The notes under the pieces: model-generated | Told to the model about the DNA's origin: nothing | What the model saw: the letters and a program-made list of their open reading frames with translations, nothing else | Database searches by the model: none | NCBI GenBank assembly: GCA_028868715.1 | Contig: JAGWUB010000001.1 | Span: forward strand, 1-51,479 | Origin: Patescibacteria group bacterium | GTDB lineage: Bacteria; Patescibacteriota; Minisyncoccia; Phycocordibacterales; UBA9973 | Length of the DNA stretch: 51,479 nt | Direction of reading: 5' to 3' | Part shown: piece by piece, positions 9,739-17,898 of the stretch | Position numbering within the stretch: the first letter of the stretch is position 1 | Layout of the letters: every line of letters begins with the position of its first letter | Translations under genes and position numbers: made by a program

Positions 9739-10278
9739 TTAAATATGCATTACTTTATGAAAATAATTTCTTGTTTTAATAAAAACATATCGAAATCCTT
9801 GTGTTTTCCATGTTATCAAAGCCGCTCGAAGTAAATAAAAGATTTTTAAAAATGGTCTCAAAATTATTCGAAAGAAGTTAAATATTGCCCTACTAAAGCC
9901 AATGGCATTTTTATTAAAAATTAAATTAGGAAAAATATTTCCCAACCACTCTATGAACAAAAAAGTAATAAAAACATCCACTGGATCCCATTGCCCACAT
10001 TCTATAATTGGTATTTCCAAAGAAACATCTGCTCGCACGCCAATCAATACACATCCTTGTTTATAAGCATTCAAAGCTTCTTCTTTATTCCCGTAACCAG
10101 AAACAAAGAAATAAAAAGCTTTTTTGTATTCCTCTATTCTATCTTCAGCTGACAAATCCTGAACTGGTACAAATATCCATTTTTGCAATCTAAAAAACAT
10201 GTCATTTACATTATGTCCATACCATTCAGGGTAAGAAATAATATAAGCTACTCTACGTCTCTCAAATTTTTTGTTCAT
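9739..10278 (-). CDS. Hypothetical protein, paralog B of the duplicated small membrane-tailed protein
   Basis: See 8329..8820. The 179-aa product shares the conserved N-terminal ~100 aa and has a hydrophobic C-terminus. Confidence 0.6.
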   Translation of the reverse strand: MNKKFERRRVAYIISYPEWYGHNVNDMFFRLQKWIFVPVQDLSAEDRIEEYKKAFYFFVSGYGNKEEALNAYKQGCVLIGVRADVSLEIPIIECGQWDPVDVFITFLFIEWLGNIFPNLIFNKNAIGFSRAIFNFFRIILRPFLKIFYLLRAALITWKTQGFRYVFIKTRNYFHKVMHI

Positions 10279-10286
10279 AAAATACT

Positions 10287-11234
10287 TTAAACAAAAAGAG
10301 TGTTGATTTCGTATTTATCAATATTTTTTTTATAATAATCTATCGTATTTTTTAAACCTTCCTCGAAAGAGACCATATTGTCTTTTTTCCAGTCCAAAAG
10401 TTCTAGATTCCAAGTTGATTCATCGGTTTTTACTTTACTATCTGGAATCTCTCCTCTTCTCATTGGTTTATTGATAATTTTTGATTTTGATCCTGTCATT
10501 TCAATTATTTTTTTTGCTACACCTATTACAGTAAGGTCTTCACAAAGACCAGCTTCAAATATTTTAGTATAATTACCGTGATCATTGAGTAATGCTCGTA
10601 CTAAAATTTCAGCAATATCGTCTACATAAATCCAGTCCATGACCTGCTCTCCGTTACCATAGACAATTATGTCTTCGTTTTTTAACGCATTAATAATGAA
10701 ATTAGGCATCATCTTACGAACAGGTGCATTTTTTTGTCCAGGACCAAATACATTCATGCCACGCACTATGGCAATTTTAGCGTCAGATTCTTTATTCATC
10801 ATTAATGCAAAACGCTCAGCGGTAGTTTTTGTAATTGAATATGGATTGTTCATCCAATGATTTCCAACGGCAATATAAACTGCCTTTCTTTTAAATTGCC
10901 TGACAGCATTAAAAACATTAATGGAACCTAAAACATTCACTTCTGCTACTGGTCCGGGATTATCTATGGTTTCTTGGGTGCCAAGCATTGCAGCTAAATG
11001 AATAACTCCTTCGTTGTGTTGCACTGCTTCTAAAACTGCAGTAGCGTCACGAACATCACCATAAAAAACATTGACTGCTCCATTGCCTGCAGGAAATTGT
11101 TGAGTTCCTTCTTTGGGATTTCTATCTAATATAGTAACTTGAATGCCTTTAGAAACGAGATTACGCGCTACGGCCATGCCTATAAAACCAGCACCTCCAG
11201 TTACAAGAACTTTTGTTATATTGTTTTTTTGCAT
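10287..11234 (-). CDS. NAD-dependent nucleotide-sugar epimerase/dehydratase (extended SDR)
   Basis: It has the Rossmann motif VLVTGGAGFIGMAV and catalytic YSITK (YxxxK). Substrate is not assignable from sequence alone. Confidence 0.85.
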   Translation of the reverse strand: MQKNNITKVLVTGGAGFIGMAVARNLVSKGIQVTILDRNPKEGTQQFPAGNGAVNVFYGDVRDATAVLEAVQHNEGVIHLAAMLGTQETIDNPGPVAEVNVLGSINVFNAVRQFKRKAVYIAVGNHWMNNPYSITKTTAERFALMMNKESDAKIAIVRGMNVFGPGQKNAPVRKMMPNFIINALKNEDIIVYGNGEQVMDWIYVDDIAEILVRALLNDHGNYTKIFEAGLCEDLTVIGVAKKIIEMTGSKSKIINKPMRRGEIPDSKVKTDESTWNLELLDWKKDNMVSFEEGLKNTIDYYKKNIDKYEINTLFV

Positions 11235-11303
11235 ATAAAAATATTATTAAATAATCTAAAAATGAATATATTGATTATAGCAAAAAAAAATCATTTGTAC
11301 AGC

Positions 11304-12302
11304 TTAAAATTTATAACCCTTAGGGTAATGAGAGTACCAAACCACCAATGATTTTATACTATCTTTTAAAGTTTTATTGGGGGTCCATTTTAATAAATCC
11401 TTTGCCACGGAATTATTTGCATAAACCTCTACATATTCTCCCATCCGTGTATTGCTAAAATGTATTTGAAAATTAACATCGAGCTCTTTTTGTACTGATC
11501 GAATAATTTCTTTAACTGAAATACCATGACCATTACCTAAGTTACAAATCAATGAATTATTGTCCTTTAAATAATAAAGTGCTTTCATGTGTGCATCAAT
11601 AATATCTTCTACGTCAACATAATCACGAATAGGGGTTCCATCCAAAGTATCTACTTTAGGACAAGTAAGTTTAAAATCTTCAATTCCGAGAGCTCCTCGA
11701 ACTGCATTTTGCATCAAAAGCTCAGAAGGTTTTTTGCTATCCCCTATCTCACCATCACTATCTGCTCCACAAACATTGAAATATCTTAGAATTGCATAAT
11801 TAAATTTATATGTGATATTAAACCAATGTATAATTTTCTCAGCCATTAGCTTTGATTCACCGTATGGATTGGTTGGTTTCGTAATGTGTCTTTCGTCAAT
11901 TGGTAAATATTCTGCATCACCATACACAGCACAAGTTGAAGAAAGAATTATTTTTTTTACTCCGGCTTCATTCATAGCTTCAACTAAATTTAATGTTCCA
12001 ATTACATTATTTTTAAAATAAAGTTCAGGCTTTTTTGTAGATTCATCCACCAAGCAAAGTGCTGCAAAATGCATTACAGCATCAATTTTATATTTTTTAA
12101 AAACTTTTTTAATATCTTCTTCCTTAAGAAGATCACCTTCGACTATATTCAATTCTCCATATTTATTAAGAATTTCTAGAGGCTCTCTAAATCCACGTGA
12201 AAAATTATCAAAAACTACTACAGAATAATTTTCCTTCAAAAGTCTTTTAACTGCATGGCTTCCAATATATCCCCCTCCTCCAGTAACTAAAATAATTTGC
12301 AT
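11304..12302 (-). CDS. galE: UDP-glucose 4-epimerase-like protein
   Basis: ILVTGGGGYIGSH, STCAVYG and YGESKLMAE (YxxxK) are present, and length and motif spacing are GalE-like. Confidence 0.8.
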   Translation of the reverse strand: MQIILVTGGGGYIGSHAVKRLLKENYSVVVFDNFSRGFREPLEILNKYGELNIVEGDLLKEEDIKKVFKKYKIDAVMHFAALCLVDESTKKPELYFKNNVIGTLNLVEAMNEAGVKKIILSSTCAVYGDAEYLPIDERHITKPTNPYGESKLMAEKIIHWFNITYKFNYAILRYFNVCGADSDGEIGDSKKPSELLMQNAVRGALGIEDFKLTCPKVDTLDGTPIRDYVDVEDIIDAHMKALYYLKDNNSLICNLGNGHGISVKEIIRSVQKELDVNFQIHFSNTRMGEYVEVYANNSVAKDLLKWTPNKTLKDSIKSLVVWYSHYPKGYKF

Positions 12303-12344
12303 ATATCAATATTAATCTACAAAAAATTTAAAGGCAATATTCAT

Positions 12345-14399
12345 TTAATTAGTGACTGAAAATCCGGGTATGTCTTTCCTTGCTTGGGCCATAGAAGCTT
12401 CATAAAGCTTCTGATCTTTAATTACTTTTGCCAAATTAATCAGAAATTCATGTGATTCAGGAATAGTCGGATCAATATCTATTGCTTTTTGATATTCTTT
12501 AATAGAATTTTTTATATCTCCAGCCCAAGCATATGTTCTAGCTCTAGCCCAATAAATTTCTAAATTATTGGGTGAAAGTTGTTGGTTATAATCCAAAAGA
12601 TCAAATATATGTTTTGATAAAACTGGATCAAATGGTTTATCTTTGAGGGATATTTCGGTAAGATATGCATTTACTAAACTAAAATACAAACGAGAATCTG
12701 TTTTATTTGTCTTGGTGATTATTTCTAAATATTGTGAAAGGGCAATCAACTCATTTTCAACATATAAAGTCAAACCTTTATCAGCTTTTATGCTCATTAA
12801 ATTATTTGAATAATAGGTGATAATAGTATTAGCCATACTACTAGTATCATATTGATCTCCAATAGAAGATCCTTGTAATAAATATTTATAATATTCTGGC
12901 CTTTTGTCTATGTACATTTTTATAACAATGTCGTACATAATAGCTTTTTTTAGTGGACGATACACAAAAAATATAAGAGAAGTGCAACATAGTAAAATCA
13001 AAACTACGGCTAAAATAGTTTTTAACCATAAACTTGGTAGTATTTTAGAATATTCATTTTTATCCAAAATATCAGACAAAACAAAAACAATGCCAGCTAA
13101 AACATACAGGGCTAAGATTGAATGTAGAGAATCAAATACAAATAAGTTTTGGAACAAGTATCCAATCAAAAGTCCAACCAAAATAGCAGCAGGTAAGCTA
13201 TCTATTTTATCTGCATATTTGGCTTTATATAAAGCATATAAAATACTAAATATAAAAAATAAGTATAGTAAAATAGCTGGATATCCCCCAGAAACCCCCG
13301 TATCATAATAAATATTATGAGCTCGATCAGTCCATGTTTCATTACCATGTTTATCGTTTAAATTGTTTGTAATGGTAATTTTTGGGTCAAAATTTTGCTG
13401 AAAAGCAATTGCAAAATTTTCTGGACCATAACCCATCCATGGATGTTTATTGATTGCTTTTTGGGCAGCATTCCAAAATATAAAACGAGTACTGGAAGCT
13501 GATTGATCAAACTTTTGATGAAACCAAGTGTTTGGATTTATGAGCTGAATCCATCCGATAGAAAAAATTAAAAATCCAAATACTATACCAGTAATGCCAA
13601 AAATACGTAAAACCTTTCTTTCTGCAAAGAACAAGTAGCTAAAAAGGGTGACACCCAACATTACTAAAATACCTAACGTAGCACCTCGGGCACTACCTAT
13701 TATTCCCTTTCCAGTAAACAACCCATAAAGATTAAAAAATATTGGAGAAAAAAGAATTATCCCCGCCATTATGCCTATCCACCATTTTTTTATATTACTA
13801 AATGTTGGAAAAGTTAAAAGAATAAAGGCAAAAGCTAACACAAATAAAAGGTATGTTCCTGCTAAAGACGAATTTCCGATAAGTCCACCACCTTGACTAT
13901 CTTTTAAAAAAGAAAAAACATTCATTCCTTCATCTCCAAGCCAAATAGAAATACTTAAAATAAAGCCCCCGAAAACAAAATAGTACAAAAATTTATATAA
14001 ATAATTAATACCATTTCTTTTTACCAAAGAAGCTATAATGATGGTAAATGCCACACAATGATATATAGCTAGTAACCCTGTATTTCTGCCCAGAGAGGCC
14101 CAAAACGAGAGCATGGGGTTAGCTCCCAGTAGGCCAGTAAGTGTCAACCAACCTACATAAACAAACAAAGGAATAAAGTATAACCAGTTTTTTTTAGATA
14201 ATCTAAATGAGGAATCTAAAAACATAGTATAAATCCATACAGAAAAGAGTATTTCTACAAAAGCATAAAAAACAAAAGCCTTAGAAGTGATATATGAATA
14301 ACTTATATTGTCACCGAAATAAATGATCGGCAAAATAAAAATCAAAATATAACTTCCATATTTCAAAAAATTTCCCCAGAAAGATTTCATATATATCAT
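12345..14399 (-). CDS. O-antigen ligase/polymerase-like (Wzy_C-type) polytopic membrane protein with C-terminal TPR region
   Basis: About 12 TM segments include a large loop region (WNAAQKAINKHPWMGYGPENF...TDRAHNIYYD) typical of the WaaL/PglL/Wzy_C family. The C-terminal ~200 aa are soluble with TPR-like repeats (ARARTYAWAGDIKNSIKEYQKAIDIDP). Confidence 0.8.
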   Translation of the reverse strand: MIYMKSFWGNFLKYGSYILIFILPIIYFGDNISYSYITSKAFVFYAFVEILFSVWIYTMFLDSSFRLSKKNWLYFIPLFVYVGWLTLTGLLGANPMLSFWASLGRNTGLLAIYHCVAFTIIIASLVKRNGINYLYKFLYYFVFGGFILSISIWLGDEGMNVFSFLKDSQGGGLIGNSSLAGTYLLFVLAFAFILLTFPTFSNIKKWWIGIMAGIILFSPIFFNLYGLFTGKGIIGSARGATLGILVMLGVTLFSYLFFAERKVLRIFGITGIVFGFLIFSIGWIQLINPNTWFHQKFDQSASSTRFIFWNAAQKAINKHPWMGYGPENFAIAFQQNFDPKITITNNLNDKHGNETWTDRAHNIYYDTGVSGGYPAILLYLFFIFSILYALYKAKYADKIDSLPAAILVGLLIGYLFQNLFVFDSLHSILALYVLAGIVFVLSDILDKNEYSKILPSLWLKTILAVVLILLCCTSLIFFVYRPLKKAIMYDIVIKMYIDKRPEYYKYLLQGSSIGDQYDTSSMANTIITYYSNNLMSIKADKGLTLYVENELIALSQYLEIITKTNKTDSRLYFSLVNAYLTEISLKDKPFDPVLSKHIFDLLDYNQQLSPNNLEIYWARARTYAWAGDIKNSIKEYQKAIDIDPTIPESHEFLINLAKVIKDQKLYEASMAQARKDIPGFSVTN

Positions 14400-14419
14400 T
14401 ATATAGGAAAATTACCAAC

Positions 14420-14451
14420 AAAAAAACCACTCCCGTCGGAGTGGTTTTTTG
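14420..14451 (-). terminator. Intrinsic terminator after the surface-protein gene
   Basis: 'aaaaaaccactcc-cgtc-ggagtggtttttt' has a 7-bp GC-rich stem flanked by A- and T-runs. It would work on either strand. Confidence 0.75.
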
Positions 14452-14503
14452 AATACTTTTTAAGGCGTATTTACCAGAGTTAAGATATTCCTAAGAAACT
14501 GTT

Positions 14504-16447
14504 TTAGTTATTTGTATAACCAGTTACAGTAGCATTAGAAAGTCCTGCGATTACTCCAATTGAGTTTCCAGCTGAAGCAGCAAGATCTGTCATAGCAGTA
14601 CCAACTGTCCAACCAGTTTTTGCAAACCTTAGGCCAGTAATACTGAATACTACGTTACCAGCTGTACCAGTGTTAACCTTGTGAACAGTTACTGTTACTT
14701 GAGCACTGTTTCCATCAGTAATACCGTTTGTAAGAACTGGAGAAACGATGTAGTTAGTAACAGGAGAAGTACCAGCCTCGTAAGTAATAGTATCGTTAGC
14801 AAAACAACTATTACCAGTAGTACAAACTAAACCACCAGAGTTGGTAACATTAGTACCAACAGCAGTCATTGCACCTACTTTTGAAAGATCAACTAAGCTC
14901 ATACCAACTGGGCTAACTTGGAATGTGAACGTAGCTTGAGTGTAACCAGTAACACCTTGTGTTGAGCTAACAGCAGTAAATACTGGAGAGCCAACTAGGC
15001 TTATTGATACACCAGATGTTCCGATCAAGACCATGTTATTTCCTGTTGAACTACCAGTTACAGTAACAAGATTGTTGTTTAGTAAAGCTGAAACTTGTGA
15101 TCCAGCTACAGCAACGTTAACTGTACCGCTAGCATTTATACTTGCATCAAACTTTATAGTCATAACAGCTGTGGAATTAGCCGCAACTGTAAATGGTGAA
15201 AAGTTAGTGAATGTAAGAGTTGTGCCACCTGGATTTCCAACGCTCTGAACAAGAGTTCCGCCATTGTATAGGTAGTAAGCACTTACACTAGCTACGTTGT
15301 TAATTGTAGCAGCAACTGACTGAACAGAAGCTGAATTGTTACTAGTATTTTTGATATCAAAGACAAGAGCAACAACTCCGGTAGCTGTTTGATTTGTATT
15401 TTCAACAACGTTATTACCTAGAGGATTATTACTGTCAGTGACTACTTGTAAACCACCATTACCAGTTGTAGAAAATGTTACAGACTGGTTGTAAGTTGCG
15501 CTGCTGGTTACATACTGAGTAAGACCAAGACCATCAGTGCCTCTAATTACTTGAGAAGTACTTGTATCATTCAACCCAACAGTGTAAGTAACAGGTGATC
15601 CAGGAATTGTTCCTACGATATCAGCCTTAACTATATAACTATTAGGAGTACCAACTTGGATAACTGAACTCAAACCTCCAAAGGAAGCTGTGTAGTTAGA
15701 TCCAAAAGTATTTTGAGTCAAGGTACTAGAATTTACTGGCAATGTTGCTAGTAAATTACTGCCTTGATACAAATAAAGATTGGTAAAGTAATTCCAAGGA
15801 AGAGCTGAACTACCACTAGCTAGGCTAACATTAACTCTATTTACAGTTACGTTAGAACCTGTAGCTTTTAGGTTGAAAGCCATAATAGAATCCTTCATGT
15901 CTCCTTGAGCAACAGCTGTTGTTAGAGCGACTGGAGCAGATTGAAGAGTCAATGTTCCTTCACCTGTACCTGTACTTACTGGACCTGTTGTACTACCATC
16001 GCATTTTGCGCCAGTAGTTGGACTGTATCCTGCTGTTGATGTACAACCTGCTGGAAGAGTCGAGCCAGTGTTACATGGTTGACCAGTTGTAGTGCTATAG
16101 CCAGTTGCTGATGTACAGCCTGCTGGGAAAGTACCACTTGATACTGGTGCACCTGCTAATGCAGCGCGAGTCAAAGGACCAACAACGCCATCAGCTACTA
16201 AGCCGTGACCTGATTGCCAAGCCATAACTGCAGCCTTAGTCATAGGACCAAAAGCACCATCTGCGGTAGCACCTACAATTGTTTGAAGACATTTAACTTC
16301 ATCTTTGTAAGTTGAACCAACTCTCAAGGTGTGAGTGATTGGACAATCAGCTTTTGCTGGAGTTGCAAATGAAGCAACAGCACCAACGAGCATAACTGCG
16401 ACAACCAAAGTTCCAAGAAAGAATTTTGATTTAAATAAGTTACTCAT
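14504..16447 (-). CDS. Secreted cell-surface protein: signal peptide, peptidoglycan-binding domain, two Cys-bracketed repeats, ~490-aa Thr/Ser/Asn/Val/Gly-rich region (S-layer/adhesin candidate)
   Basis: Signal peptide with an AKA|D site. A PG_binding_1-like segment follows (DGAFGPMTKAAVMAWQSGHGLVADGVVGPLTRAAL). Tandem repeats PAGCTSATGYSTTTGQPCN and PAGCTSTAGYSPTTGAKCD map to 15995-16126. The remainder is nearly devoid of charged residues. Confidence 0.85.
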   Translation of the reverse strand: MSNLFKSKFFLGTLVVAVMLVGAVASFATPAKADCPITHTLRVGSTYKDEVKCLQTIVGATADGAFGPMTKAAVMAWQSGHGLVADGVVGPLTRAALAGAPVSSGTFPAGCTSATGYSTTTGQPCNTGSTLPAGCTSTAGYSPTTGAKCDGSTTGPVSTGTGEGTLTLQSAPVALTTAVAQGDMKDSIMAFNLKATGSNVTVNRVNVSLASGSSALPWNYFTNLYLYQGSNLLATLPVNSSTLTQNTFGSNYTASFGGLSSVIQVGTPNSYIVKADIVGTIPGSPVTYTVGLNDTSTSQVIRGTDGLGLTQYVTSSATYNQSVTFSTTGNGGLQVVTDSNNPLGNNVVENTNQTATGVVALVFDIKNTSNNSASVQSVAATINNVASVSAYYLYNGGTLVQSVGNPGGTTLTFTNFSPFTVAANSTAVMTIKFDASINASGTVNVAVAGSQVSALLNNNLVTVTGSSTGNNMVLIGTSGVSISLVGSPVFTAVSSTQGVTGYTQATFTFQVSPVGMSLVDLSKVGAMTAVGTNVTNSGGLVCTTGNSCFANDTITYEAGTSPVTNYIVSPVLTNGITDGNSAQVTVTVHKVNTGTAGNVVFSITGLRFAKTGWTVGTAMTDLAASAGNSIGVIAGLSNATVTGYTNN

Positions 16448-16755
16448 AAATTTTTCTAATTTTTATCTCGTGGTAAAACTTTTTACAAAATTTTACTTTG
16501 AGATTCTACGCCATTAATTAGTTTCGACAAAACCAAAAGCGTATTTTTTCCTATCATTGTTTTTCACTCGTCAATAAATAATTAATAATTGCTAATAATG
16601 TGACGAACAAAGAAACAATGAACAGAGATAAACATAATTGAAAACTAAACAGATTATTTAATTTTCAATGACCTTTCCATCTATTTCCGCAAAGTATCAC
16701 TTGAAATTTTTTCGACGAAATTGCAAGCGAGGATCAAGGCGAAAACAAATATATT

Positions 16756-16914
16756 TTGTGGATTATGGATTACATAAAAAATGTGCAGTCCACAACCACA
16801 ACAACATTATATATACAGTCCCAAAATAGGGCAATATATATCGTGTGGATAACTTACCCACTCTTCTATATTTACATATTTTAATCCTAAAAGCAAGAGT
16901 ATGTATGCGTCCAC
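16756..16914. promoter_or_regulatory. Cluster of DnaA-box-like 9-mers in a 522-bp AT-rich intergenic region
   Basis: One perfect TGTGGATAA (revcomp of TTATCCACA) lies at 16843-16851. An 8/9 match tgtggatta lies at 16756-16764 and a 7/9 match tatggatta at 16763-16771. TCCACA-core 9-mers that each match the TTATCCACA consensus at only 6/9 positions lie at 16785-16793 and 16906-16914. Functional meaning is unknown. Confidence 0.3.
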
Positions 16915-16969
16915 ACGCAATAATAGTGACGATTCTATTTGGGTTTTATTACTAAAATAGAAGTCCGGT

Positions 16970-17704
16970 TTAAGGGTTAGATTTCAAGAAATACCTGCTC
17001 CATCTCTTCTCTCCTGTCTTGCTCAAAATACCCTCTTGGACCATGGATACTAGCTCCCTCTGAAGGGTCTTTTCGCTAGTAGAAAGCTGGCCGGAAGTCT
17101 TGATTTTAACGTCAGCAATAGTGCCATTGCCACCATTATCTCTAATAGCTTGAATTATGCCATCACGCCTTTGTTTTCTTGATATAGAAGAGGAATTATC
17201 GTCTTTGTTTATAAAGGTTAAATTCTTCTTATTTTCATGGGTCTTTGGCAATCGTAAACCCACCTGCTCTACAGGCTCATTTGGCTTTAAAAATTCCTCT
17301 AGCCAGGTATGCCCACTTTGATTTGATTCTTTTTTTTCTTCAAGTGATTCACTCAGTTCAATAAATTCTTTTTTTAGAATATTAAAATTCATTTCGGAAA
17401 TCAGGCTAATAGTTGAGGCAATATCTAAAAAGGACAAAATATTTTTGACCTTTTGATTGAGCTCTGTCCTTGAGACAGAATTTATGTCCGATAGAATTTC
17501 TACCCCAAATGTCCTTAATTTTAAACGTATTGGCTCATCTTTGTCCATTATGTCCGTTACAATATAAAGTGCGGTAATAAGCTTCTTGAGCTTTGGGTAA
17601 GAGTTGGAAAGTAGGTCAGTTTTTTTATAGGGAATAGGCATGGAAGTTGTGTCCTTTAGAGAGTCTTTGGAGGTGTCTTTGAGATTTTTATCATCTGCAA
17701 ACAT
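16970..17704 (-). CDS. Hypothetical protein with C-terminal winged-helix domain
   Basis: The C-terminus RRDGIIQAIRDNGGNGTIADVKIK...SEKTLQRELVSMVQEGILSKTGEKRWSRYFLK looks like a wHTH. The N-terminal helical region (KLKKLITALYIVTDIM...LRTFGVEILSDI) resembles four-helix-bundle proteins. No confident family. Confidence 0.6.
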   Translation of the reverse strand: MFADDKNLKDTSKDSLKDTTSMPIPYKKTDLLSNSYPKLKKLITALYIVTDIMDKDEPIRLKLRTFGVEILSDINSVSRTELNQKVKNILSFLDIASTISLISEMNFNILKKEFIELSESLEEKKESNQSGHTWLEEFLKPNEPVEQVGLRLPKTHENKKNLTFINKDDNSSSISRKQRRDGIIQAIRDNGGNGTIADVKIKTSGQLSTSEKTLQRELVSMVQEGILSKTGEKRWSRYFLKSNP

Positions 17705-17771
17705 ATGTCCTTTATATCACGGACAGAAAAAAATGCAAGGCTTATAAACCGAGAATAATTTAAAAAATTCA

Positions 17772-17796
17772 TTGCGCAGGCCGGCGGACCGAGCAG
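17772..17796 (+). repeat. GC-rich 25-nt motif, copy A (ttgcgcaggccggcggaccgagcag)
   Basis: It matches copy B at 21/25 positions in the same orientation. It sits in the ftsK upstream intergenic region and is far more GC-rich than its surroundings. Confidence 0.85.
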
Positions 17797-17898
17797 TTCG
17801 CTCCTCAAGTTTGCGGAGATAGATTACTTTATAAAAAGCACGCCAAGAAAGAGTTTTTTAATTTCGTAATTCAAAAAAAATTATGGTAAAATGTACGC

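Noticed and set aside
16448-16969. Calling this region the chromosomal replication origin
   Set aside because: No dnaA or dnaN is nearby. The dominant coding strand is minus on both sides of the region, which is opposite to the divergence expected at oriC. It is reported only as a DnaA-box cluster of unknown role.
17772-17830. Reading GC-rich motif copies on the reverse strand as a remnant lipoprotein signal peptide ('LLGPPACA' / 'LLGSSACA')
   Set aside because: Neither copy has an in-frame start codon or an extended ORF. The similarity is a by-product of the nucleotide repeat.
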